A stretch of DNA of 64,000 bases from Alphaproteobacteria bacterium (lineage in GTDB: Bacteria > Pseudomonadota > Alphaproteobacteria > CALKHQ01). The notes below the pieces were generated by a model, which saw nothing but the letters and a program-made list of their open reading frames with translations, did not search any database and was not told the origin of the DNA. Positions 1 through 9,030 of the stretch are shown here, in pieces; the first letter of the stretch is position 1, and every line of letters begins with the position of its first letter. The stretch is taken from the NCBI GenBank assembly GCA_965227515.1, contig CBDDFZ010000002.1, positions 928,001 to 992,000 on the forward strand. Direction: 5' to 3'. The position numbers and the translations under genes were made by a program.

Positions 1-1
1 T

Positions 2-1456
2 GTGCGCCGCGCGCAGGCGCAAGCCAAGGGCGCCCAGCGTGCCAAGCATGGCGGACCCGCACCCGCCGGGGCCAGGCGGTACGACAGCGTGGCCGCTCTG
101 CGCGCCGGTGCCATTGACTTGCATCAGAAGGGCAAGGCGGCCGAGGCGATGGCCGCCTACCGCAAGTATCTGCTGGCGCGGCCGGACGATGCCGGCATCT
201 GGAGCAACTACGGCGTGGCGCTGCGCGAGGCCGGGCACTGGCCCGCCGCCGAGGCGTGCTATCGGCGCGGGCTGGAGCTGACGCCGGACGATGCCGGGCT
301 GCTCGGCAATCTGGGCAACGTGCTGAAGGACATGGACCGGCTGGACGAGGCGATCGCCAGCCACGAGGCCGGCCTTGCGCTGAAGCCTGACGATGCGCGC
401 CTGCGCCACAACTACGGCATCGCGCTCCGGGAGGCGGCCCGTTACGAGGACGCGCTGGCAGCGTTCGACGCTGTGCTGGCCGCCACCCGGGACGACCCGG
501 TCAACCAGGCCAAGGTCGGCTGGGACCGGGCGATGGTGCTGTTGCACCTGAACCGCTCGGCCGATGCCTGGCAGGCCTATGAGTGCCGGGTGGCGAACGG
601 CGAGGTGAAGCCGCGCCAGTACGACCAGCCGGTCTGGGACGGCGGCGCGTTCGAGGGCAAGACGCTGCTGATCCACCCCGAGCAGGGCTTCGGCGATACC
701 ATCATGGCCGCCCGCTTCCTGCCGCAGGTGAAGGCCCTGGGCGGCGCCAACGGACGGGTCGTGCTGGAGTGCAAGACACCGCTGACCCGCCTGTTCGAAG
801 GGGTCGCCGGGATCGACCGGCTTGTGGCGCCCGATGCGGGGTTCCGCGACTTCGACCTCCATGTCTCGCTGATGAGCGTGCCCGGGCTGGTCGGCGCCGA
901 CCTGACCGACCTGCCGCCGCCGGTGCCGCTGAGCGTGCCCCAGGCGGCGCGGGACCGGGTGGCGCCGTGGCTCGCGCCCGCCAAGGACCGGTTCAAGATT
1001 GGCATCGTCTGGTCCGGCAGCGTCACCTTCAAGGGCAACGCCAAGCGCGCGGTCACCGTCGATCGCTTCCTGCCGTTTGCCTGCGTGCCGGGCGTGCAGG
1101 TCTATTCGTTGCAGAAGGGGCCGTGCGAGGGCGATCTGGCGGCGGCCGGGGCGGACAGCGTGATCCTGCCCATCGGCCCCATGGTCGACGACTTCGCCGA
1201 GACCGCGGCGGTGATCGACGCCCTGGACCTGATCATCATGACCGACAGCTCGGTCGCCCACCTGGCCGGCAGCCTGGGCGCGGAGGTGTGGAACCTGCTG
1301 CCCTACCACCCCTACTGGATCTATCCGGTCGAGGGCGAGCGCACGCCCTGGTACCCCTCCATGCGCATGTTCCGGCAAACCGCGCCCGGCGACTGGGACG
1401 AGGTGTTCGCCCGCGCCAAGGCCGAGCTGGAAAAGAAGGTGGCGGCGCGGGGATGA
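2..1456 (+). CDS. TPR-repeat protein with C-terminal GT9/heptosyltransferase-like glycosyltransferase domain (5' end may lie outside window)
   Basis: Several TPR repeats (WSNYGVAL, LGNLGNVLKD, HNYGIAL) followed by EQGFGDTI, GIVWSGS, YSLQKG and DLIIMTDSSVAHLAGSLG motifs typical of TPR-GT9 proteins. Confidence 0.85.
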   Translation: MRRAQAQAKGAQRAKHGGPAPAGARRYDSVAALRAGAIDLHQKGKAAEAMAAYRKYLLARPDDAGIWSNYGVALREAGHWPAAEACYRRGLELTPDDAGLLGNLGNVLKDMDRLDEAIASHEAGLALKPDDARLRHNYGIALREAARYEDALAAFDAVLAATRDDPVNQAKVGWDRAMVLLHLNRSADAWQAYECRVANGEVKPRQYDQPVWDGGAFEGKTLLIHPEQGFGDTIMAARFLPQVKALGGANGRVVLECKTPLTRLFEGVAGIDRLVAPDAGFRDFDLHVSLMSVPGLVGADLTDLPPPVPLSVPQAARDRVAPWLAPAKDRFKIGIVWSGSVTFKGNAKRAVTVDRFLPFACVPGVQVYSLQKGPCEGDLAAAGADSVILPIGPMVDDFAETAAVIDALDLIIMTDSSVAHLAGSLGAEVWNLLPYHPYWIYPVEGERTPWYPSMRMFRQTAPGDWDEVFARAKAELEKKVAARG

Positions 1457-1680
1457 GCTTCGACCACCCCGCCCTGGTCCGCGATCTCGTCGCGTGGGTC
1501 GCCGCAGCACCCCGGCCCTATGCCGAGGTGATGGAGGCGTGGCGCACGTCCTGCCCCCGTCTCACGATCTGGGAAGACGCGGTGGACGCAGGCCTGGTGG
1601 TGCATGGCCCGGATTCGAACGGTCGGCCGATGGTGCGCGCGACCGAGGCGGGCCGGCGGTTTCTCGGCCGCGGGGATTAG
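1453..1680 (+). CDS. small hypothetical protein (75 aa, possible winged-helix-like)
   Basis: ATGA overlap with the upstream stop; sequence YAEVMEAWRTSCPRLTIWEDAVDAGLV...TEAGR. Confidence 0.7.
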   Translation: MSFDHPALVRDLVAWVAAAPRPYAEVMEAWRTSCPRLTIWEDAVDAGLVVHGPDSNGRPMVRATEAGRRFLGRGD

Positions 1681-1790
1681 CAGCCAATCGCGCCGCGCCC
1701 TTGCCAAATTGGCTGGCTACTGTAGAGCGTGAATGCATACATCAGTATGCGCCACATGCATGGCGGAAACGATTTGGCGGTCATGTGCTA

Positions 1791-2246
1791 ATGGGGTTCT
1801 CACGTTTGGCGAGAGCCGGCGCGCTTGCGCTGGCAGGTATCGCTCTGGCGATTGCGTTTGTGCTGCCGGCCGGCCAGGCGCGGGCAGAGGCCGTGACCAT
1901 CGAGGTCTGCAACCAGACCGGCGCGCGCATTGACGTCGCTGTTGGCGGCCTGCCGAACGACGACGGTCGTTGGGCGTCGGTCGGCTGGTTCCAGATCGAC
2001 GGCGGCAGCTGCTCGACGCTGTCGCCGTTGAACATGGGCGCCAGCCGCTATGTCTACTTCTACGCCACGCAGGCCAGTACCGGCCTGGTCTGGTCCGGCG
2101 ACACCTACTTCTGCGTCCGGAGCGAAGCGTTTTTCATGGGGCGCACGGATGGCAATGACTGCGTGAGCACAGACGGCGAATGGGTCGGCTTCTTCGAGCA
2201 GGACATCGGCCTTGACTACTTCGGCACGGTCACGATCAGGAATTGA
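1791..2246 (+). CDS. secreted DUF1036-like protein
   Basis: Signal peptide ending ARA, then VCNQT..IDVAVG..W.SVGWF.I..G.C, YVYFYA, W.G..YFCV and GFFEQD pattern. Confidence 0.75.
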   Translation: MGFSRLARAGALALAGIALAIAFVLPAGQARAEAVTIEVCNQTGARIDVAVGGLPNDDGRWASVGWFQIDGGSCSTLSPLNMGASRYVYFYATQASTGLVWSGDTYFCVRSEAFFMGRTDGNDCVSTDGEWVGFFEQDIGLDYFGTVTIRN

Positions 2247-2301
2247 CGGGGCGGGCACTCGCGCCAGCCGCCAGGCGCGCGCCCTCTCAAATTCAGACCC
2301 G

Positions 2302-2447
2302 CTTCATCCTCGCCCTTGTGGCGAGGATCCATTTTTGTCCAGAATAACAATGGCTTCGAGGTGATCTGCACTGACGCCGGGCGGATAGTCGGCCCCAGTT
2401 CGAGTCCCGGCCCATGAATGGGTCCTCGGCACAAGGCCGAGGACGAC
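2302..2447. repeat. paired REP-like palindromes (TCATCCTCG-CTTG-CGAGGATCC family)
   Basis: tcatcctcgcccttgtggcgaggatcc ... gggtcctcggcacaaggccgaggacgac; related copies at about 10148-10320, 40789-40961 and 51106-51430. Confidence 0.8.
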
Positions 2448-2474
2448 AATGTAGTTTGGACCTGCCAACGCCCC

Positions 2475-2873
2475 TCAATACTCCGCGTAGAGCTTTTCCT
2501 CGACGATTGCCGAGCCGGTGAGGTCGTTGACCGCGCGCTTCAGCCGTGCGCGCTCGTCGTTGCGAACATAGACGCTGCGGGCGAGCGCCACGAAGCTGTC
2601 GCCGAAGTCGTGCCGGCGTTCGTGGTCGCGGATGTCATCCTCGATCTTCCAAAGCGCTGCGTTGACCGCCTGTAATTGGTCCTTCAGGCCAGCCATGTCG
2701 GCGTGGGCCGCCATCAGGGGCGCTGCAAGCGCGCTGAGCTCATTCAATTCGTGGGCGATGTTGGCGGCAGCCGCCTCGTCGCGCACGTGCTTGGCCTTGA
2801 TCTCCAGGATGGTGATCTTGTCGATCAGTTCACCGGCGCCCACCGGCACCATGATGGTATTGGGATCAGCCAT
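2475..2873 (-). CDS. DUF6165-like protein
   Basis: VPVGAGELIDKITILEIK ... VNAALWKIEDDIR ... LARSVYVRNDERARLKRAVN ... EEKLY. Confidence 0.8.
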   Translation of the reverse strand: MADPNTIMVPVGAGELIDKITILEIKAKHVRDEAAAANIAHELNELSALAAPLMAAHADMAGLKDQLQAVNAALWKIEDDIRDHERRHDFGDSFVALARSVYVRNDERARLKRAVNDLTGSAIVEEKLYAEY

Positions 2874-2878
2874 CGCGC

Positions 2879-3775
2879 TCAGTCTACCTTCTCGGCATGG
2901 AAGCGGCTGCCGGGGCCGGCGGCGGCAATCGCGTCCTGGGCGGCGACGATCTGCAGCTCACGGGTCTGGGCGGCGGCGGTCGCCTCGAAGATCGCGAAGA
3001 TTGCTGCGGCGGCCCCTTCCAGCGCGCCGGCCGGGTCGTCGTCGCGCAGGTAGTGGGCCAGGAACAGGGCGGCGGTGGCGTCGCCGGAGCCGTTGGGCGC
3101 GATCGGCAACTCCAGGCGCGGCGTCGACACCACCCAGGCGGCGTCGGCGGCCACCAGCAGCATCTCGATCCGGTCGTCGGGCGTCTCCTCGCGGATCAGG
3201 CTGGTCACCAGCACCAGCTTCGGCCCCAGCGCCACCATCCGCCGCGCGCCTTCCAGGGCGCCGGCCATGGTGGTCACCGGAACGCCGGTCAGGTGCTCCA
3301 GCTCGAACTGGTTCGGCGTGATGATGTCGGCGGCCGGGATCGCGCGTTCGTGCATGAATTCCGGAATGCCGGGGCGCACGAACAGGCCACGGTCGACATC
3401 GCCCATCACCGGGTCGCAGCAGTAGACCGCCTGCGGGTTTTCCTGGCGTACCCGCGCCACCGCGTCCAGGATCACCTCGCCCAGCGCCGGTGCGCCCATA
3501 TAGCCGCTCAGCACCGCCGCGCAATCGCCCAGCACGCCGCGTGCGGCGATGCCGCCCAGCACCGCGCGCAGGTCGTCGGGGGCGAAGACGGGGCCGGCAA
3601 AGTCCGGGTAGCCGGTGTGGTTGGAGAACATCACCGTGTGGATCGGCCACACCTCGAACCCCAGCCGCTGCAGCGGAAACACGGCGGCCGCGTTGCCGAC
3701 ATGGCCATAGGCCACGTGGCTCTGGATCGAAAGTATCGCGTTACGGGTGCCGTGTGTGTTGGCGCCGTCCATCAT
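2879..3775 (-). CDS. pdxY: pyridoxal kinase
   Basis: [54 protein letters not shown]. Confidence 0.93.
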   Translation of the reverse strand: MMDGANTHGTRNAILSIQSHVAYGHVGNAAAVFPLQRLGFEVWPIHTVMFSNHTGYPDFAGPVFAPDDLRAVLGGIAARGVLGDCAAVLSGYMGAPALGEVILDAVARVRQENPQAVYCCDPVMGDVDRGLFVRPGIPEFMHERAIPAADIITPNQFELEHLTGVPVTTMAGALEGARRMVALGPKLVLVTSLIREETPDDRIEMLLVAADAAWVVSTPRLELPIAPNGSGDATAALFLAHYLRDDDPAGALEGAAAAIFAIFEATAAAQTRELQIVAAQDAIAAAGPGSRFHAEKVD

Positions 3776-3924
3776 GCCGCCCGATTGTGGTTGTAGCCGT
3801 TGGTGCGAAAGCGGCGGCATTCAAGCCGCCGCGCCGGAATGTTGCAATCAAATGGCGTGTGGGGCAGGTGCGGTATGCTGGCGCATCGAACCCCCGAACG
3901 CGTCGATCTGAAGGAGACAATACC

Positions 3925-4569
3925 ATGCAAATTGGGCAGCGCATGTCCTGCATCCTGGCCGCCGCATCGGCAATCTCGGCCCTGGCCACCAGCGCCATGG
4001 CGGACGTGACCCTGCCATTGACCGAGACGCAGCAGACCCAGTTGGTGCAGAGTGCGCTGACCATTATGAACGAGGACCCGGGACCCATCGACGGCCGGAT
4101 CGGGCCGCAGACACGCGGTGCGCTTCAGAACTACCTCGATGCCGCCGATCTGAACGGCGATCCCAACAATATCGACCAGGCGCTGCTGGATGGGCTGAAC
4201 GACCGTGCCGGCCCGGCCATCGCCGAGGCGTTCGGTTACCCGATCGACGGCCAGTGGACCTATGTGACCAGCGTGCTGGAACGCGACCAGATCGAGCCGG
4301 CGCTGGCCCGGCTCGGCGTGGCGCCGCCTGCGGCCTGCGACGGCATCTCCGGCGACGACGTCACGTTCGACGGCCTGCTCGTGCAGCGCGGCACCGACAT
4401 CGTGTTCGTCATGACCATGAGCGAGAGCGACGAGGGCGGCGCCGGCCCGCTGAACCCGCGCCCGGAATCGCTGGAATGGGAGGGCGGCATGTACCGGCCG
4501 GTCAGTGCCGACATCCTGGCCTACGCGGCCGAGGGCAGCTTCGACGTCTATCTGCGCTGCGGCGCATAG
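3925..4569 (+). CDS. secreted protein with peptidoglycan-binding domain
   Basis: AAGGAG RBS, signal peptide, VQSALTIMNEDPGPIDGRIGPQTRGAL (PG_binding_1 motif). Confidence 0.8.
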   Translation: MQIGQRMSCILAAASAISALATSAMADVTLPLTETQQTQLVQSALTIMNEDPGPIDGRIGPQTRGALQNYLDAADLNGDPNNIDQALLDGLNDRAGPAIAEAFGYPIDGQWTYVTSVLERDQIEPALARLGVAPPAACDGISGDDVTFDGLLVQRGTDIVFVMTMSESDEGGAGPLNPRPESLEWEGGMYRPVSADILAYAAEGSFDVYLRCGA

Positions 4570-4817
4570 CACTCCCCCGATTTGCCGGCCATAGAATCGA
4601 CAAATTACAGTCCTGTAATGCCGGAACGCGGTTCTGAACGGTGTTCGGAACCGCGTGCCGGGGATCCAGGGGCGCGGGCGGCGCGTGACGGACGGAATGG
4701 ATCCCGGGGTCTACAGGCCAGGTGAAAACAGGCGGCGGTGCCGTCGATTGAACCTGTCCTGCGTGTTCCGCGACATGAGGTGTGTCGCGCCACATGCACC
4801 AGACAGGACGTCAGACC

Positions 4818-5213
4818 ATGTTCCGCCCGTTGCCGATCTTTGCCGTCGCCGCCATTGCATGGTTCGGCATCGGCTTGTTCCTCGCCATCCATGATCTGAA
4901 CGCCATGGCCGCGCCCAGGGCGTGGGATTTCGTGCTGTTGTGCACGATGCCGGCGCTGGAATTGCCGCTGGCGGTGCTGGCGTTCCTGAACCGGCGATGG
5001 GCGCAGTACGGCTATATCGCGGCGTTCTTCGTCGGGCTGCCGTGCCGGCTTTCGGCCATGACCGTGTACATGGACGGCGCGACCGAGATCGGGCCGGTGA
5101 TCGCGTTCGGCATCGCGATGACGGCGATCATCGTCGGCACGCTCTCCAGGGTTCTGGTCAGCCCGCGCGGCGACGCGGTGCTGGGTGAGGAACCGCAGCC
5201 CTCCGGCAACTGA
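4818..5213 (+). CDS. hypothetical membrane protein (about 4 TM)
   Basis: Four hydrophobic segments; AGGA upstream of ATG. Confidence 0.6.
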   Translation: MFRPLPIFAVAAIAWFGIGLFLAIHDLNAMAAPRAWDFVLLCTMPALELPLAVLAFLNRRWAQYGYIAAFFVGLPCRLSAMTVYMDGATEIGPVIAFGIAMTAIIVGTLSRVLVSPRGDAVLGEEPQPSGN

Positions 5214-5432
5214 TCGCTGCGATTGCTGGCCCCGCGGCGTTGCAGGAGTCCGCAGCGGCCCTCTCCTGCCAATTTGGCCGCAAATGCGCGGCCCGCAACG
5301 CTACACCGCTGGCGGCCCATGACGGCGCGAACAACGGAAAATCCGGGGCGCTGTCAAACCGTGCCGGCGGGTTGTGTTGCGCCATGACTTTGCTACGCTT
5401 GATGTTTGTTCCGTCGTCAATGGAGGCGATCC

Positions 5433-6521
5433 ATGGGCAAGTGTCTCTCGCTCCTGTCGATATTGATCGGAATTGCGTTCGCTGCGGCAAGAGGGGCGGA
5501 TGCCGCGGACCAACCATATTGGGTGATTGACGGAATCGACGATCCCGCATTCCGGGATGCCGCGGTGAACTGGTTGCGCGGCGATGACGCTGGCGCGCTG
5601 CCTGAGCTGGCGCAGGCGGCCCATGATGGCAACCAGGCGGCGCAGATGCTGCTGGGCATGATCGAGCTGCGGGGCATGGACGACACAGCCTGGGTGGCGT
5701 CCCTCTCCGACGACGAATACGTCCACATCTTCCATCTTCGATCCGGTGGGCCCGAGCGCGGTTGGCTCCGCGTCGCCGCCGATGCGGGCAACCGTTTGGC
5801 GGCCCTCTTGGACGAGCGCCGCGGCGACATGGTCCATTTCGGAAGACTAGACGAAATTGCTGCAAGGCATGAGCCGCGTGCGGCCGCACATTACTTTCCC
5901 ATGCTCTTCAACGCGAAAGAGTGGGACATCCTCCGGTTCCTGGAGGATGCAGGCTATCTGAGTGGCCTGTCGCCCTATGTCTGGGCGGCCAGAACGTACA
6001 GCGAGACAGTCAGCGACGGTGAGACCTGGGATGAAGAACTCCAAGTGTACCGCGCGGGCGTGCTCGAGGGCTATCTGTTCGTGTTCTTGGCAGATCGCGA
6101 AGACGAGGCGCTCAGCGCCCTGAAAGAGGCGGAAAACGACACGCTTGGCGATGTCATGTACGGGTGGGCAAGTGTCGACCCGGACGAAGAAATGCCTGCG
6201 GAAGCAAAGACGGTGATTGACCGTTGGCTGACGGATTCACCGCACGCGGCACTTCTGCGGAACTGGTGCGCCGCCGGTTGTCGGGCGACGGCTGCGTTCA
6301 ATTGCCGGCGAAACCTGTATGCGCTGCTGCTGGGCGGGACGAATATTCCCCTTGTCGTGAGTTCGCCGTTGGAAACCATATTCGCGCAAGAGGATTGGGT
6401 CCGCACGCCCCGCGCTGGTTTGGTTCTGGAGGCTGCGGTCGCCGACCTGTTCGATTCCGAGCGGCTGGAACGCCTGGACCTTGAAAGCTGTGTCCTCAGG
6501 CGCTTGAGCGCAACCGACTAG
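5433..6521 (+). CDS. secreted hypothetical protein with degenerate Sel1-like repeats
   Basis: GGAGG RBS, signal peptide, ELAQAAHDGNQAAQMLLG and WLRVAADAGN; C-terminal Cys cluster. Confidence 0.6.
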   Translation: MGKCLSLLSILIGIAFAAARGADAADQPYWVIDGIDDPAFRDAAVNWLRGDDAGALPELAQAAHDGNQAAQMLLGMIELRGMDDTAWVASLSDDEYVHIFHLRSGGPERGWLRVAADAGNRLAALLDERRGDMVHFGRLDEIAARHEPRAAAHYFPMLFNAKEWDILRFLEDAGYLSGLSPYVWAARTYSETVSDGETWDEELQVYRAGVLEGYLFVFLADREDEALSALKEAENDTLGDVMYGWASVDPDEEMPAEAKTVIDRWLTDSPHAALLRNWCAAGCRATAAFNCRRNLYALLLGGTNIPLVVSSPLETIFAQEDWVRTPRAGLVLEAAVADLFDSERLERLDLESCVLRRLSATD

Positions 6522-6525
6522 CTCC

Positions 6526-6614
6526 GTCAGGGCGCCCGGATGAAACGCAGTGGAATAGGGACACTGCGTGACGGCCAGAAATGTGCCCGGATTGCGCTAC
6601 GCTCCATCCGGGCT
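6526..6614. repeat. GTAG-type REP doublet interrupted by IS110
   Basis: gcccggatgaaacgcagtggaatagg ... cccggattgcgctacgctccatccgggct, continuing as ac at 8035; related doublet at 20140-20231. Confidence 0.75.
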
Positions 6615-6644
6615 TCTGTAACGGGCCATTGTTGGTCAATCCCT

Positions 6645-6812
6645 TTTTCGTCGTCCCGGCGCCTGGGTCATGCTTCTGTACGGGGTCGGCGCAGGGCCGC
6701 CGCCAAGATGGATATGCGAGGATCGGTCGGTCCAATCTACGGAAGCGTGCTCTCATGCGAGGCGACATCCCGGATGGCGGCCTGACCTGATCCATCGTCC
6801 CGGCGCGGGACG
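6645..6812 (-). ncRNA. putative bridge/seek RNA of the IS110 element (ends approximate)
   Basis: Minus strand contains CCAUCCGGG, CGUAG, CCAUCU and UACAGAAG, matching left target, right target, left donor and right donor in that order, within two predicted internal loops. Confidence 0.75.
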
Positions 6813-6878
6813 GCGCTCGACGGGCCGGTGTCGGTGCCCGTCGAAGCTCGTGTGTCGGTTCTCCTTATGCCGCGGCCA

Positions 6879-7922
6879 TCATGCTGTCGCCATCGCCGGG
6901 CGCACCGGTCCGGCATGGTTGAACGGTGTGCCGTCAACCCACATCCGGTGCATGATCACGGCGAGCCGGCGCGCCAGCGCGACCTTCGCCTTCCTCATGC
7001 CCGCACGCCTGGCCAGCTTCATCGCCCAGCTCTTCAGCCAGCCGCCCTCGATCGGCCGGGTCAGAACCACGTGTGCCGCCTCATAGAGGGCCGAGCGCAC
7101 ATCGGCGTCCCCTACCTTCGATATCCGCCCCATCACCTCGCTCTCGCCCGACTGGCGCTTGGTCGGCGTCAGGCCGAAGTGCGCACCCACCAGGCGCGAC
7201 GAGGCAAACCGCCCGGGGTCGTCCACTCCCGACAAGTAGGTCAGTCCGACAATGCTCCCCACGCCCGGCACCGTCATCAGCAGGCGAGCGCGATCGTCGG
7301 CCTGCGCCGCCGCCCGGACCTGCCGGTCCAGCGCCGTGAACGATAGCAACAGGCCATCGCGTGCCGACAGCAGCGCCCCCGCCACCGCCTCCAGTACCGG
7401 ATGCCCCGCCACAAGCTCCGAAATACGTGTCGAAAAGCTGCGCCTGGTGGTGTGCCCTACCTTCAGCCCGAAGTTCCGCAGCTGACCACGAAGGTGCATC
7501 TCAAGATCGTGCAGCTTCGCGCGGAGCTGGTCGCGACCCTTCAAAAGGGCCCGCATCTCCTGGGCCGCCAAAGACTTGCAGTGAACCGGACGAAACCAGC
7601 CCACACGCATCAGCTGAGCAATCCCGCGTGCGTCCGAGCGGTCCGACTTCACCGGCATCGTCGAAAGGGCCCGCGCAACATGACGCGTCTCCAGCAACTC
7701 AACCGAAAGACCGCCCTCGCTACATCCCCGCACAAGCCATTGCGACAACGGCCCCGCCTCAAGACCAATCCGCTCAACCGAAATCCCCAAAGACCCAAAC
7801 CACAACAACAAACCCGCCGGCGTGCTCGCAATACGAGCCTCGCAGACAATCCCGCCCGCGCCGTCAACAACGCACACCGATGACCATTCCAAAGAAACGT
7901 CAATCCCGGCATAGTAGTTCAT
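6879..7922 (-). CDS. IS110 family DEDD recombinase/transposase
   Basis: GIDVS (D), GLEAG (E), KSDRSDA (DxxD), VPGVG, GLTP..RQSG (catalytic Ser), ISKVG, KVALARRLAVIMHRMW; GGAGAG RBS. Confidence 0.95.
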   Translation of the reverse strand: MNYYAGIDVSLEWSSVCVVDGAGGIVCEARIASTPAGLLLWFGSLGISVERIGLEAGPLSQWLVRGCSEGGLSVELLETRHVARALSTMPVKSDRSDARGIAQLMRVGWFRPVHCKSLAAQEMRALLKGRDQLRAKLHDLEMHLRGQLRNFGLKVGHTTRRSFSTRISELVAGHPVLEAVAGALLSARDGLLLSFTALDRQVRAAAQADDRARLLMTVPGVGSIVGLTYLSGVDDPGRFASSRLVGAHFGLTPTKRQSGESEVMGRISKVGDADVRSALYEAAHVVLTRPIEGGWLKSWAMKLARRAGMRKAKVALARRLAVIMHRMWVDGTPFNHAGPVRPAMATA

Positions 7923-8130
7923 GGTCGTCTCTCCTCGATGTCTTGGAGCGGCAAACCCGACTCCGTGTATGACACCGACATCTTGAGGGACGACCACTCA
8001 TGCACGCCACCAAACAAGGGCCGTTAGCCCATCTACGCTTGCTGGCAAGTGGGCAACGCCCTGGTTTGCACTGCGGGCGATCCATCCGATCCCGGCTAAT
8101 TCGTAGCCCAGAAGTCTGGAAAACTGCCGG

Positions 8131-8793
8131 TCAGAGCGCGTCTGTGGGTGTCAGTTCCAGTGTCCCAACTGCCTCAAGGCCACCGAGCACGGCGTCGACA
8201 GCAATGGTCGCGAGAAGAATGCCCATGACACGGCTGATCACGTTTGCCCCGGTCGAGCCCAGAACCGGTTTCAGTTTCGAGGCGGCCAGGAGCAAGAGCA
8301 AGGTTATAGCCATGACCACAAGCAGCAGGCCCGCCGTCACAGCCTGCTCCGACACGGTGTTCTCCTTGTTGTCGGTAAGCACGACAATCGCCAGCATAGC
8401 GCCCGGCGATGCGATGGACGGCATCGCCAGTGGGAATACCACGCCGGCCAAGTGATTGCGCTCGGCCTCGTGAATTTCTTGCTCGGACTTGGATTCACCA
8501 AATATCATGGTCATCGCAAAGATGAAAAGTACGATGCCGCCGGCTATTTGAAACGAGCCAAATCTCAGTCCAAGTGCTTCCAAAATCAACTGCCCTCCGA
8601 CCAGGAAGACCAGGAGAACAATTGTTGCTATCAGTACGGCACGAATTACAAAGGCGCGGTGCAGGTGTTTGGGTACGCCGGCCGTTGCAAAATATAAAAC
8701 TGGCAGGCTGCCAATCGGATCGACAACCACAAGGATAGTTATGAATTCTCGCACCAAGTTCGGCAGGTTAGCAGCAGAGAAAAGGTGTTCCAC
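8131..8793 (-). CDS. MarC family membrane protein
   Basis: VVDPIGSLPV, FQIAGGIVLF, VFPLAMPSIASPGAM, RVMGILLATIAV; GTG start. Confidence 0.9.
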   Translation of the reverse strand: MEHLFSAANLPNLVREFITILVVVDPIGSLPVLYFATAGVPKHLHRAFVIRAVLIATIVLLVFLVGGQLILEALGLRFGSFQIAGGIVLFIFAMTMIFGESKSEQEIHEAERNHLAGVVFPLAMPSIASPGAMLAIVVLTDNKENTVSEQAVTAGLLLVVMAITLLLLLAASKLKPVLGSTGANVISRVMGILLATIAVDAVLGGLEAVGTLELTPTDAL

Positions 8794-9030
8794 GCAGCAT
8801 CCTTTTTCCAGATAATAGAAACCTAAGATACTATATGCGATTGCGCTCGTTTCGATAAGTGAAATTCACGTTGGCATAGGTTTCTTGCCGGAAAACACAT
8901 TACTGACGTCAGATGAGCGCGATGTGGCCAAGTGTATTGTGGATGTCGGTGCCGGTCCGGCCGACGGCAGCCTCGCCTCAGAACATCCATAACCCAGTTG
9001 TTGTGAACCGCGCCAAACGCGGCGGCGCCC

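Larger units (their letters stand above)
6615..8034 (-). mobile_element. IS110 family (IS1111-type) insertion sequence, about 1420 bp
   Basis: CT core at both ends (6613-6614 and 8033-8034); imperfect subterminal IRs taacgggcc (6619-6627) and gggccgtta (8018-8026); the empty site rebuilds the REP end ATCCGGGCTAC; long 3' non-coding end. Confidence 0.9.

Noticed and set aside
6879-7997. Longer 372-aa start for the transposase
   Set aside because: The RBS and family N-terminus (YYAGIDVS) support ATG at 7922.
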